This document shows positions 29,779 to 40,255 of a stretch of DNA of 64,000 nt, piece by piece. The stretch comes from Alphaproteobacteria bacterium. GTDB taxonomy: Bacteria; Pseudomonadota; Alphaproteobacteria; Bin95. Made by a program: the position numbers and the translations under genes. Location: contig OZ219788.1 in the NCBI GenBank assembly GCA_964291285.2, positions 672,001-736,000 on the forward strand. Reading direction: 5' to 3'. Each line of letters opens with the position of its first letter. Position 1 is the stretch's first letter. Below the pieces are notes generated by a model. The model made no database searches. It had not been told where the DNA came from and saw nothing but the letters and a program-made list of their open reading frames with translations.

Positions 29779-30945
29779 TACCAGCGGTTGAGGGTTGAGA
29801 CTCATTGAGGGGATTCCCAAGGTTATCGAGTTCTGACTCAATAGCGATTCTGCGATTGGAGGGTCGTTATGAGGGCAGCAATCCCCTTGAGGGAGGATTT
29901 TGATGCGGCGCAGTTGCGCGGCTTGGCGCAGCGGAGCCGGGATGGTTCGCAGAACCGTCGCCTTCTTGCGCTTGCGGTGATTTACGACGGTTACCGTCGT
30001 TCGGATGCGGCGCGTTTTGCGGGGGTGGGCTTGCAGATCATCCGGGACTGGGTTCTTCGCTTCAACGCGGAAGGCCCGGAGGGATTGAAGGATCGCAAGG
30101 CCTCAGGTCCGCCGCGCAAGTTGAACGGGGAGCAGCGCGCGGCGCTGGCGGCGGTTGTGGAGAGCGGTCCGGACCCGGCGATCCACGGCGTGGTGCGGTG
30201 GCGGCGCTGCGACCTGGCGGCATGGCTCAGCGAGCAGTTCGGCATCTCGTTGGCGGAGACGACGGTCGGGCGGGAGTTGCGCCGGATGGGCTACGCCAAG
30301 CTCTCTGCGCGCCCGCGCCACTATGCCCAGGACGAAGCCGCGCTGGCAGGGTTCAAAAAAACTTCCCCGACCGCCTGAAGGAGATCCGCGCTGCACTCGG
30401 CGACGGCGTCGAGGTCGAAGTCTGGTGGCAGGACGAGGCGCGCGTCGGGCAGAAGAACAAGATCACCCGGCGATGGGCTAAACGCGGCACCCGACCGTCA
30501 GCGCCCAAGGACCAGAGAACCATCTCGGCCTACATCTTCGGCGCCATATGCCCGCAGAAGGGCAAGGCCGCCGGCCTCGTCATGCCCCACGCCAACACGG
30601 AGGCACTCAACGCCCACCTCGCCGAGGTCGCCCTCACCGTTGAACCCGGAGCCCATGCCCTCGTCATGCTCGACCGGGCCGGATGGCACACATCCCCGGC
30701 CCTCAAAGTCCCCGACAACATAACCCTGATGCCGCTCCCGCCCCGGTCCCCCGAGCTCAATCCCGTCGAGAATGTCTGGCAGTTCATGCGCGAAAATTGG
30801 CTCTCGAACCGCGTCTTCCAGAACTACGACGACATACTCGATCACTGCTGCCAGGCCTGGAACAATCTCGTCTCACAACCAGAACGCATCGCCTCCATCG
30901 GAACCCGAAAATGGGCCAATGGGTTCTGAACTATGCCCGCTGGTA
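29779..30945 (+). mobile_element. IS630-family element (second type)
   Basis: Ends TACCAGCGG/CCGCTGGTA, TAA duplicated. Confidence 0.92.
29869..30929 (+). CDS. IS630 transposase, two ORFs joined by a likely programmed -1 frameshift
   Basis: A7 slippery tract at 30355-30361; WWQDEARVG, LDRAGWH and SPELNPVE motifs. Confidence 0.9.
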
Positions 30946-30978
30946 TAACTACTTCGCGCATGCGCTACGGTCTCGCGC

Positions 30979-33097
30979 ATGGCGGTTTTCGACGCGGATT
31001 TCTGCACCGACCTGACGCTGGCCGAGGGGGGCGACACCTTGTGGTCGCCTCCCATGGTGATGCCGGCGTGCGAGCCGCTCGACTGGGCGTCTGTGCTTGA
31101 AGAGGCAGAGGCGCGGATCGAGGAGGAACGGGGTCGCGCACGCGTGGCGGAGTTGCGCCGCGAGGAACTGCGCTGGTCGGAGAGGGACGCCTGTACGCGC
31201 GTGCGTTCTCTGGAGAGGCAGCTTGAGACTTGCCGGTTCAAGCTCAAGTTGGCCGTAACCGGGACCGCGTCGCGGGCCATGAAGGCGTTGGAGCGCAGGG
31301 TCGAGTATCAGGACGACGAGATCGCCGGTCTTTACCTCTCGTTGCGCCGGTCTCACGAGCACCGGGAGCGGGTCGAGGCGCGCCACCGGGACGAGATCAA
31401 CTGGTTGAAGCAGGACATCGACCGGGAGCGCTCGCGGCTCGCGAAGGTGCACCGCGAGGGCGAGCGCGTGGCCGAATCTCTGCGCAGGCGGTTCGACCGG
31501 CATCTCGCCGCGGCCAGGCGGCTGGTGAAGGCCCGGGAGGGCACGATCGCGTGGCTGCGCGCGCGCAACGACCGGCTGCGGGCGGCGGTCGTGCGGGCCA
31601 CGGAGCTGATCGGGTCGCTGCGGGAGAAGAATGCCGCGCTGGCCGCGCGGGTCGAGAAGCTGGAAGGCGACCTCGACAAGCTGCGCTCGACCCGCAGCGT
31701 CCTGTCGAAGGCGCTCTGCGGCAGCAGGAGCGAGCGGCAGAAGAAGCCGGGCACCGGGCGCGAGCGCGGCCAGCAGCGCGGCACCGCCGGGCACGGCCGC
31801 ACCCGGCGCCCCGGGCTCAGGAAGAAGAAGGAGACGCGCGACCCGCCGGAAGATGCGCGGATCTGCCCGCGTTGCGGCAAGCCCTATGTCGCCAACGGCG
31901 AGCGGCGCACCACCCTCTTCGAGATCGATGTCGAGGCCTGCGAGCGCACCATCGTCCGGTCGCGCTGGCGCCGGGCTTGCGACTGCGCCTCCGCGCCGCG
32001 GGAGGTGACCGCGCCGCCGGCGGTGCGACTGTTCGAGACCACGCCTTACGGGATCAGCGTCTGGACGTGCATGCTCTACGAACGGTTCGTCTGCTGCCGG
32101 CCGCTGCATCGGGTCGCGGCCTGGCTGGCCGACATGGGGCTGACGATCTCGCCGGGCACCCTGCAGCATCAAGCGCTTCGTGCCGCTGTTCGAGCCGCTG
32201 GCCGAGGCGATCCTTGCGCACCAGAACACCGCGGCCCTGCGCCATGCCGACGAAACATCCTGGCGCGTTCGGGCCTGGCGCGAGAAAGGCCGGTCGAGCC
32301 GCGCCTGGCTGTGGACCTCGGTGAGCCCGGACGCGGTCTATTACCACATCGATCCCTCGCGCAGCGCCGAGGTCGCGATGAAGCTGTTCGGTTCGACACA
32401 GGGCATCGTGGTTCTGGTCTGCGACCGGTTCAGCGCCTACAGAAAGCTGGCCCGCGAACTCGCCGGCAAGGTGATCCTGCAATGGTGCCGGGCGCACCAA
32501 AGGCGCTCGTTCATCGACGGCGCGGCCGGGCGGGTGCGGCTCAGGCGCTGGTGCCAGAGATGGATCGAGCGGATCGCGGAGATCTACCGGCTCAACCAGG
32601 CGCGGCTGGAGCATTACGACCCCGCTCACCCTCTCGAACGCCAGACGCCGGCGTTCGACGTCGCGCACGCCAGGCTGAAGAAGGCGGTCGACGAGCTGTT
32701 CGCGGCCGCCGAAGCGGAACTGGCCGGGCTGACGGACAGGGCGCGCAGGGCCAGGCCGCTGCGCTCGCTCCTCAAGCACCGCGAGGGGCTGTGCGTCTTC
32801 GTCGACAAGCCGTTCGTGCCCATGGACAACAACCGCGGCGAACTCTCCCTGCGCTTCGCGGTCATCGGGCGACGGCTCTCGTTCGGCTCCGACAGCGAGA
32901 AAGGCGCCGGGTTCACGGCGACGATGTACTCGGTGGCCGGCACGCTGGCGATCAACGGCATCGACGTCCGGCGCTGGCTCGGTGAATGGCTGACCGCGTG
33001 CGCGGAGAACGGCGGCGAGCCGCCGGAAGACCTCTCGCCCTGGCTGCCGTGGTCGATGAGCGAGGCGCGCCGGCGCGAACTCGCGGCGGCGGGATGA
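30979..33097 (+). pseudogene. IS66-family transposase with long coiled-coil N-terminus, frameshifted near 32165
   Basis: CPRCG zinc finger, HADETSW, VCDRFSAY, CRAH and MDNNRGE motifs split over two frames. Confidence 0.85.
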
Positions 33098-33975
33098 CCG
33101 GCGCGGTCGAGTGTCGCTATTACGGGCGCGACTTCACCGAAGATGAAATGGCGCTGCTGCGTGCCCTGATCGCCGATCCCGCCCCGCTCTCCCGCCGCGC
33201 CCTGTCGATCGAGTTCTGCCGGCGCATCGGCTGGCTCAAGCCCGACGGCGGACTGAAGGACATGATGGCCCGTGTCGCCATGCTCGCCATGCACAAGGAC
33301 GGGCTCATCGAGCTGCCGCCGCCGAGGCGGCGGCAGCACCGGCCCAGGCCGGTCCAGTTCGGACCCGACACCGAACCGCCGCTGTTCCCGGCGCCCACGA
33401 CCCTCGACGAGGTCCGCCCGCTCGACTTCCGCACCGTCGTGCACAGCACCCGCGAAGGCAGGCTCTGGAACGAGTTCATCGCCCGCTACCACTATCTCGG
33501 ACACAAGACACTGGTCGGCGCCCAGATGCGCTATGCCGTCCACGACCGCAACGGCTGGCCCGTCGCCATGCTCGGCTTCTCCACCGCCGCATGGAAGCTC
33601 GCCCCGCGCGACCGCTTCATCGGATGGACGCCCGAACTGCGCGAAAAGAACCTTCCTCTCGTCGTCGACAACCCGCGCTTCCTGATCCTGCCCTGGATCG
33701 AGATCCCCAACCTCGGCTCGCACATCCTCGCCATCGTGCGCCGCCGCCTGCCCATCGACTGGACCGGGCGCTACAACATCACGCCGGTGCTCATCGAGAC
33801 CTTCGTCGAAACGCCCCGCTACACCGGTGCCGTATACCGCGCATCGGGCTGGACCCGCGTCGGGACCACCCAGGGCCGGGGACGCTACGACAGGCACAAC
33901 AAACGAGACCAGCCGAAAAAGGACATCTGGCTCCGCACACTGCGAAAAGACTGGCAACGCACCCTCAATCGGTAG
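33094..33975 (+). CDS. DUF4338 (Druantia DruA-like) protein
   Basis: YHYLGH, RDRFIGW, RFLILPW, NLGSHIL, LIETFV and YRASGW..VG.T.GRG motifs; ATGA-coupled to the transposase. Confidence 0.85.
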   Translation: MTGAVECRYYGRDFTEDEMALLRALIADPAPLSRRALSIEFCRRIGWLKPDGGLKDMMARVAMLAMHKDGLIELPPPRRRQHRPRPVQFGPDTEPPLFPAPTTLDEVRPLDFRTVVHSTREGRLWNEFIARYHYLGHKTLVGAQMRYAVHDRNGWPVAMLGFSTAAWKLAPRDRFIGWTPELREKNLPLVVDNPRFLILPWIEIPNLGSHILAIVRRRLPIDWTGRYNITPVLIETFVETPRYTGAVYRASGWTRVGTTQGRGRYDRHNKRDQPKKDIWLRTLRKDWQRTLNR

Positions 33976-34215
33976 AAGCACAACCGTCGCCCCGGTGTGA
34001 AAATGCCGACAAGCGGATAACCCAATCCTCATCCCCCGGAACCCGAACGGATACCGTCGGGCGATAGACCGTTTGTCGGCATGCGCGAGCCGGCAACGCC
34101 TCTTTTCGGATCGATTCGGTCTCGGGCCGCTATCTGGAAACAGGCTTGGTTTGCCGGAGGCCAAGAAAAACCAGTAAAATCAGTGCTGTATAGAAGATTC
34201 AAAATATCCTGCAAC

Positions 34216-35574
34216 ATTGAGGGCAAGCACGAGACGGGCGAGGTGAACGCGAAGACCGGCGCGGTGTGGAAGAAGGTGAAGTCGTGGTTCGGCTACGGGC
34301 TTCACCTGATCGCCGACACGGACCACGAGGTTCCTGTGGCCTTCGAGGTGACGCGGGCGTCGGCGTCCGAGCCCGGGGCGCTGTCCGGGATGGTGGAGGA
34401 GTTGTTCGCCAGGCGCCGGAGATGGCCGGGCGCTGCGCCACCTTCAGCGCCGACCGCGGTCTTGACAACGCCCGCCTGAAGGCGCGGCTGTGGGACAGGT
34501 GGCATATCCGCCCGCTGATCGACACGCGCCTGATGTGGCGGGTCGAGAAGAAGGAGCCGGGCCATGACCCGGCCGGGCCGATCACGCGACCGCTGTTCCC
34601 CGGGCGCGCCGACGTCATCGTTCATGACGAACGCGGCCGGGTGTCCTGCGTGTGCCCGCAGACCGGCGAGGTCCGCGCCATGGCCTTCCAGGGGTTCGAG
34701 GCCGGGCGCGGCGTCTGCGGCACGCTCGAATACCGCTGCCCCGCAGCCGCCTTCGGCTTCGAGTGCAAGGGACGCCGGGCCTGCCATCGGGCGGGTGGGG
34801 TGAAGTCCGGCGAATACGGCCGCATCCTGCGCGTCGATCCCGACAGCCATGACCGGCGCCTCTTCACGCCCACGCCCTGGGGCAGCCCGTCATGGCGGCG
34901 CGGATACAACCGGCGCACCGCCATGGAGCGGATCAACGCCCGCCTCGACCGCAGCTTCAACTTCGAGACCCATTACATCCGCGGACGCGCGAAGATGAAG
35001 ACCCGCATCGGGCTGGCCCTGGCGGTCATGATGGCCATGGCGCTTGCACAGGCCCGCGCCGGACGCGTCGCACGCATGCGCTCCCTGGTCGGCCCGGCGC
35101 CATACCTCGATACCGGCTGACCCCTCAGCCGACTGCCGACAACGCTGATCCAACCCGCCGGACCCCGGCATACGGACACCCGCGACCGAAGGCCGGCGAT
35201 GCTGCCGGGCTGGGCCGCTCAAGTTCGAAAAGCAACCGCGGCGACTGCCTCGAACGCCGGAACAAACCGTGCCTATCCGCTTGTTTCATACACCCACTAG
35301 ATGTGGGGTAACGGGATGCTGCCAATTTCCGGAGTACCATCCGGCGAAGGTCGGGCCTTCCGTCGTCGCTGCGATCCGAAACCCAGGCAGCGACTGGGGA
35401 AACTCCAAGTCGGGACTATCGAAAATGTCCATGAAGCACCGCCCTCCCGGCTCACCGGGAGCCTACTATATCTAGTGGGTGTATGAAACAAGCGGATAGG
35501 CACGGAACAAACAACATCACCACCCGGACCCAACGTCCCATCCGACCGGAAAAACCCCACAGCGCAAATTTCTC
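34216..35574 (+). mobile_element. 5'-truncated, frameshifted IS5/IS1182-like element with its right end
   Basis: SWFGYGLHLIAD, ADRGLD and YNRRTAMERINARLD DDE motifs (ORF stop 35120); end ...CAAATTTCTC matches the inverted copy at 39970. Confidence 0.8.
35267..35505. mobile_element. 239-bp MITE with perfect 36-bp terminal inverted repeats
   Basis: TIR CCGTGCCTATCCGCTTGTTTCATACACCCACTAGAT; AACAAA duplicated; absent from the homologous IS end at ~40030. Confidence 0.92.
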
Positions 35575-35815
35575 TAGCCGAAACGGCCTTATCGGGATAA
35601 GCTTGCGGATTGCCCCAACGGGGCCTGCCCGGGAGGAAGGGAGCGTGGCGACACGGATCGAGGGAGGCGGCGCCCGCTGCCAACCCGATTTTGCCGGAAT
35701 CGACCGGACAAGGTCGATGGCCGGCACACACGAGGAGGACGGCCGGTCCTCCCGCCGCCATCGGACACCCTGCCTCCAGGAATCCTCATCATCCAGCAGC
35801 ATCGGGAGGAGTCGG

Positions 35816-36823
35816 ATGAAATCGACACGTTCACCGCATCGTCGCCACGCGCTCACGGGCGCCGTTCTGGGAGCCGGGATGCTGCTTGCCGCCGGGCCGC
35901 TCTGCGCGGCCGACGAGGTCCATCTCCAGACCGACTGGATCCCCTCAGGCGAGCACGCCATGTATTTCGGCGGCTGGACCAAGGGCTTCTGGAAGGACCA
36001 GGGCATAGACATCACCATCACGCGCGGATACGGCTCGGGCGACACCGTCACCAAGATCGCGGGCGGCGCCGCCGACTTCGGCATCGCCGACCTCGGGGCG
36101 CTCATCACCGCCCGCGCGCGGACCGGCGTCCCGGTCAAGCAGATCATGCAGACCTACACGCACTCGCCCCATTCGCTCTTCGTGCTGAAAAGCTCCGGCA
36201 TCACGACCTTCCAGGGCCTCGAGGGCAAGAAGATCGGCATCACCCCCGGCAACAGCCACCGCGTCTATTTCCCCAAGGTGGCGGAGCGGGCGGGCACCGA
36301 TCCCTCCAAGATCGTCTGGTCGAACTCCGACGCCTCGGCCATGGCCGCGCTGCTGATCTCCAAGAACATCGACGCCGCGCCGTTCTTCGCCATGCACCAC
36401 TACTACCAGAACAAGGCCGCGAAGCAGGCCGGCGAGGAGATCGTGGTGCTGCCCTTCGTCGAGGCGGGCTTCGCGATCTACGCCACGGGGCTCATCGCCC
36501 GCGACGACTACATCGCGGAGAACCCGGACCTGGTGCGCCGCTTCCTGGTCGCCAACAAGAACGCGATGGAGTGGGCCCGCGACAACAGGGAGGAGGCGTG
36601 CGAACTGCATGTCCAGCGCGTGCCGGAAGTGGCGATGGACGATTGCATGGGCAGCCTGAACGCCACGCTCACCTTCGTTTTCAACGACCATTCCGCGGCC
36701 ACCGGTCTCGGCCGGCATGACCCGGAACGGCTGGCCTTCACCTATGAGGTGATAGCGGACGCGCAGGACCTCGATCCCGGCTGGGACCACAGCCAGGCCG
36801 TGGACCACAGCCACGTGCCGTAG
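35816..36823 (+). CDS. NMT1/THI5-like ABC substrate-binding protein
   Basis: Signal peptide, LQTDWIPSGEH, RGYGSGDT and ADFGIAD motifs; GGAGGAG RBS. Confidence 0.9.
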   Translation: MKSTRSPHRRHALTGAVLGAGMLLAAGPLCAADEVHLQTDWIPSGEHAMYFGGWTKGFWKDQGIDITITRGYGSGDTVTKIAGGAADFGIADLGALITARARTGVPVKQIMQTYTHSPHSLFVLKSSGITTFQGLEGKKIGITPGNSHRVYFPKVAERAGTDPSKIVWSNSDASAMAALLISKNIDAAPFFAMHHYYQNKAAKQAGEEIVVLPFVEAGFAIYATGLIARDDYIAENPDLVRRFLVANKNAMEWARDNREEACELHVQRVPEVAMDDCMGSLNATLTFVFNDHSAATGLGRHDPERLAFTYEVIADAQDLDPGWDHSQAVDHSHVP

Positions 36824-36862
36824 TCGCGGCTTGCGGCGTCATGCCGTCAGGGACGCTCCGCC

Positions 36863-37648
36863 GTGATCCGGGTTGAGGGGCTTTCGAAGGTCTTTCACTC
36901 CCGGGACGGCGGGAGCGTCGTTGCGCTCCACGACGTGTCGATGGAGGTGGCGCGCAACGAGTTCGTCTCGCTCGTGGGGCCTTCCGGTTGCGGGAAATCC
37001 ACGATGCTGCGCCTCGTGGCGGGCCTTGTCGGCGCCACGAAGGGGGTGCTCGAGATCGACGGCACGGCGGTCGCCGAGCCGCGCCGGGACGTCGGCATCG
37101 TCTTCCAGAGCCCCACCCTGCTGCCTTGGGCCGACATCACCGACAATGTCCTCTTCCCGCTCCGGCTCATGCGCGAGAGGGCGTCCGACGCGCGGGCGCG
37201 GGCGCATGCGCTCCTCGAACTGGTGGGCCTCAAGGGCTTCGAGAGCCGCTACCCGCGCGAGCTTTCGGGCGGCATGCAGCAGCGCGCCGCCATCTGCCGG
37301 GCGCTGATCCACGACCCCGGCATCCTGCTCATGGACGAGCCCTTCGGGGCGCTCGACGCGCTGACGCGCGAGGTGATGAGCATGGAGCTGCTCCGGATCT
37401 GGACCGAGAACCCCAAGACTATCGTGTTCGTGACGCATTCGATCACGGAGGCGGTCCTGCTCTCCGACCGGGTGATCGTGATGTCGCCGCGGCCGGGACG
37501 CATTGCGGAGGTCGTCGAAGTGCCGATCGAACGGCCCCGCTCGCTCGATATGGAGGGAAGCCGTGAATTCCAGGAATGCACCAGACGAATTCGACGCCGT
37601 ATCTTTGGGGCTGACGAAGCCGACCTCTCCGGCCCGTCGGCGGCTTAG
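36863..37648 (+). CDS. ABC transporter ATP-binding protein (NitT/TauT type)
   Basis: GPSGCGKST, LSGGMQQR and LLMDEPFGALDALTR motifs. Confidence 0.95.
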   Translation: MIRVEGLSKVFHSRDGGSVVALHDVSMEVARNEFVSLVGPSGCGKSTMLRLVAGLVGATKGVLEIDGTAVAEPRRDVGIVFQSPTLLPWADITDNVLFPLRLMRERASDARARAHALLELVGLKGFESRYPRELSGGMQQRAAICRALIHDPGILLMDEPFGALDALTREVMSMELLRIWTENPKTIVFVTHSITEAVLLSDRVIVMSPRPGRIAEVVEVPIERPRSLDMEGSREFQECTRRIRRRIFGADEADLSGPSAA

Positions 37649-38426
37649 GCGCATCTGGAATACAAGCAGCGAGATCGTCCTTCCCGCGGCGGTCCTCATC
37701 ATCCTCGTCGCGGTCTGGGAAGCCTCGGTGCACGCATTTTCGCTGCCGGTCTATCTGCTGCCGGCCCCGAGCCTCATCTGGACCGAGAGCATCGCGGTCG
37801 CGGACACGCTGGGCGGGCATACCCTCGCCACACTGCGCACCGTGATGTACGGCTTCATCGCTTCCATCGTGGTCAGCCTGCCGCTTGCAGTCCTGCTCAC
37901 CTCCTCGCGCTATGCGTCGGCCACCATCTACCCGCTGCTGGTCTTCACGCAGTCGATCCCGAAGGTGGCGCTCGCCCCCATCCTCGTGGTGATGCTCGGG
38001 GCAACGGAGCTGCCGCGCGTCATCGTTACCTTCCTGGTGGCGTTCTTCCCGCTCGTCATAGCAGTCGCGGTCGGGCTTCTGTCCGTGCCGGCCGATCTTG
38101 TCGAGCTCGGGCGCTCGTTCAAGGCGAACAAGATGCAGGAGCTGCTGCGGATCCGCCTTCCCTACGCCATCCCCTTCGTCTTCAGCGGGCTCAAGGTCGC
38201 CATCGCGCTCTCAGTCGTGGGCGCCGTGGTGGGCGAGTTCGTCAACGCCGACAAGGGACTCGGCTACCTCATCGTGTCGGCCACGGCATTCTTCCGAACG
38301 CCGGTCGCCTTTGGCGCCCTCATCCTGCTCTCGGTCCTTGGCGTGGCGCTGTTCCAGCTCGTGGTGATTGTCGAGCGGATATTCTTTCCCTGGTCGGCCG
38401 AAAGCGAGGAAACGGTCATCGTCTGA
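37605..38426 (+). CDS. ABC transporter permease (NitT/TauT type)
   Basis: IPKVALAP, FFP and GAVVGEFV..KGLG motifs; start uncertain. Confidence 0.9.
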   Translation: MGLTKPTSPARRRLRRIWNTSSEIVLPAAVLIILVAVWEASVHAFSLPVYLLPAPSLIWTESIAVADTLGGHTLATLRTVMYGFIASIVVSLPLAVLLTSSRYASATIYPLLVFTQSIPKVALAPILVVMLGATELPRVIVTFLVAFFPLVIAVAVGLLSVPADLVELGRSFKANKMQELLRIRLPYAIPFVFSGLKVAIALSVVGAVVGEFVNADKGLGYLIVSATAFFRTPVAFGALILLSVLGVALFQLVVIVERIFFPWSAESEETVIV

Positions 38427-38461
38427 GCGGCGCGGCCCCCGCAGCGAGGAGAACGGAACCC

Positions 38462-39955
38462 ATGCACACGATCATTCGCGGCGGGCGGCTGCTCGACATC
38501 GAACGCCACGCGGCCGAGCCGGCCGACATCTTCGTCGAGGGCGATACGGTCCACACGGTCGGTCCGCCCGGCCTGCCCGCTCCCGAGGGTGCTGTGCTCC
38601 GCGACGCGACCGGCCGGCTGCTCATGCCGGGCCTCGTGAACTCCCACACGCACGGCCACAACAACCTCGCCAAGAGCTTCGGCGACCGCTGGAACCTCGA
38701 ATTGCTGCTGAATGCAGCACCCTGGATCACGGGCAGCCGGACGCTCGAGGACAAATACCTCTCGACCCTCATCGGCGCGGTGGAGATGGTGCGCAAAGGC
38801 TGCACCGCCGCCTACGACCTCAATTTCGAGTTTCCCGCGCCCACGCCGGACGGGCTTGGGGCCATCGGCCGCGCCTATGCCCATGCCGGAATGCGCGCCG
38901 TGGTCGCCCCGATGATGGCGGATCGCACCTTCTACCAGGCCGTGCCCGGCCTGCTTGACGCGCTCCCGGACGCGGCGAGGCGCGACGCGGAGGCGGTGGC
39001 GGTCGAGCCGTTCGAGACGAGCCTGGCGGCGTGGAACCGCGCGCTGCGTTCCTGGCCCTTCTCCCGCGACCGGATCCGGCTCGCGCTCGCGCCAACGATC
39101 CCCCACCATTGCAGCGAAGCCTTCCTGAAGGCGGCGAAGGAAGCGGCGGCGGAGCACGGCGTCGGCTTCCACACCCATCTCGGCGAGTCGAAGGTGCAGG
39201 CCCATGCAGGCGTGCGCCTCTATGGCATGACCCAGACGGCGTATCTCGACCGCATCGGCGTGCTCGGCCCGGACTTCACCGCGGCGCATGCCGTATGGCT
39301 GGACGGCGACGACATGCGCCGGATCGCCGATGCCGGCGGCGCCGTCGCCCACAATCCCGGCTCCAATGCGCGCCTCGGCAGCGGCCTCGCGGCGGCGCGG
39401 GCGCTGCTGGATGCGGGCGTGCGGGTCGGGATCGGCACCGACGCCTGCACCTGCTCGGACAATCTCAACATGTTCGAGGCGATGCGGGTCGCCTCGATGG
39501 TCTCGCGCGTGCAGGAGCTGGACCCCGGGCGGTGGCTGTCCACGGACGAGGTGCTGACGCTCGCGACGAAAGGCAGCGCCGGCGTGCTCGGCTTCGGCGA
39601 CGAGATCGGCACCATAGAGCCCGGATGCAAGGCGGACATCGTCTTCCTCGACCTCGGCCAGATCAACTATGTCCCGCTCAACGACCCGGTGAACCAGATC
39701 GTGCATGGAGAGGACGGCACGGGCGTCGAGGCGGTCATGATCGGCGGACGCATGGTGCTCGAGGGCCGGCGCATGGTCACGGTGGACGAGGCGAAGCTCG
39801 CCCGCGATGCGGAGGCGGCGGCCGAGCGCCTCGCCGCGGCCAATGCCGGCGCCCGCGCCGCGGCCGAGCGCCTTGAAGGCCCCGTCACGCGTTTCGCCCT
39901 CGCGCTCGCCCGCGAGGACTACCACATCGAGCGCCACGCCCGCTGCACGCACTGA
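38462..39955 (+). CDS. Amidohydrolase (AtzA/MTA-SAH/cytosine deaminase-like)
   Basis: PGLVNSHTH, HTHLGES, AAHAVW, HNPGSN, GTD and G.IEPG.KAD motifs. Confidence 0.92.
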   Translation: MHTIIRGGRLLDIERHAAEPADIFVEGDTVHTVGPPGLPAPEGAVLRDATGRLLMPGLVNSHTHGHNNLAKSFGDRWNLELLLNAAPWITGSRTLEDKYLSTLIGAVEMVRKGCTAAYDLNFEFPAPTPDGLGAIGRAYAHAGMRAVVAPMMADRTFYQAVPGLLDALPDAARRDAEAVAVEPFETSLAAWNRALRSWPFSRDRIRLALAPTIPHHCSEAFLKAAKEAAAEHGVGFHTHLGESKVQAHAGVRLYGMTQTAYLDRIGVLGPDFTAAHAVWLDGDDMRRIADAGGAVAHNPGSNARLGSGLAAARALLDAGVRVGIGTDACTCSDNLNMFEAMRVASMVSRVQELDPGRWLSTDEVLTLATKGSAGVLGFGDEIGTIEPGCKADIVFLDLGQINYVPLNDPVNQIVHGEDGTGVEAVMIGGRMVLEGRRMVTVDEAKLARDAEAAAERLAAANAGARAAAERLEGPVTRFALALAREDYHIERHARCTH

Positions 39956-39969
39956 CCGCAACCCCTGTC

Positions 39970-40173
39970 GAGAAATTTGCGCTGTGGGGTTTTTCCGGTC
40001 GGATGGGACGTTGGGTCCGGGTGGTGATGTTGTTTGTTCCGGCGTTCGAGGCGGTCGCCGCGGTTGATTTTCGAACTTGAGCGGCCCAGCCCGGCAGCAT
40101 CGCCGGCCTTCGGTCGCGTTTGTCCGTATGCCGGGGTCCGGCGGGTTGGGTCAGCGTTGTCGGCAGTCGGCTG
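39970..40173 (-). mobile_element. Inverted right-end fragment of the IS5/IS1182-like element
   Basis: Reverse complement of 35126-35266 plus 35512-35574. Confidence 0.88.
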
Positions 40174-40255
40174 CGGTAGAATGCGATGCTGGTTGCGTTC
40201 TCCGAGAAGAGCACACGCGGCCCTGGTTTTTCGGGCAGCGGCAGCTGGTTGCTCA

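Larger units (their letters stand above)
29724..34054 (+). mobile_element. IS66-like element carrying a DUF4338 gene, with a nested IS630
   Basis: 24-bp IRs GTATCCGTTCGGGTTCCGGGGGAT; 8-bp flanks CTTCGGGC/CGTCGGGC. Confidence 0.85.

Noticed and set aside
33094-33975. Complete Druantia system
   Set aside because: Only the DUF4338 gene is present; no DruE helicase or other dru genes.
34063-34215. AT-rich stretch ending CCTGCAACA as another element terminus
   Set aside because: No partner end found in the window.
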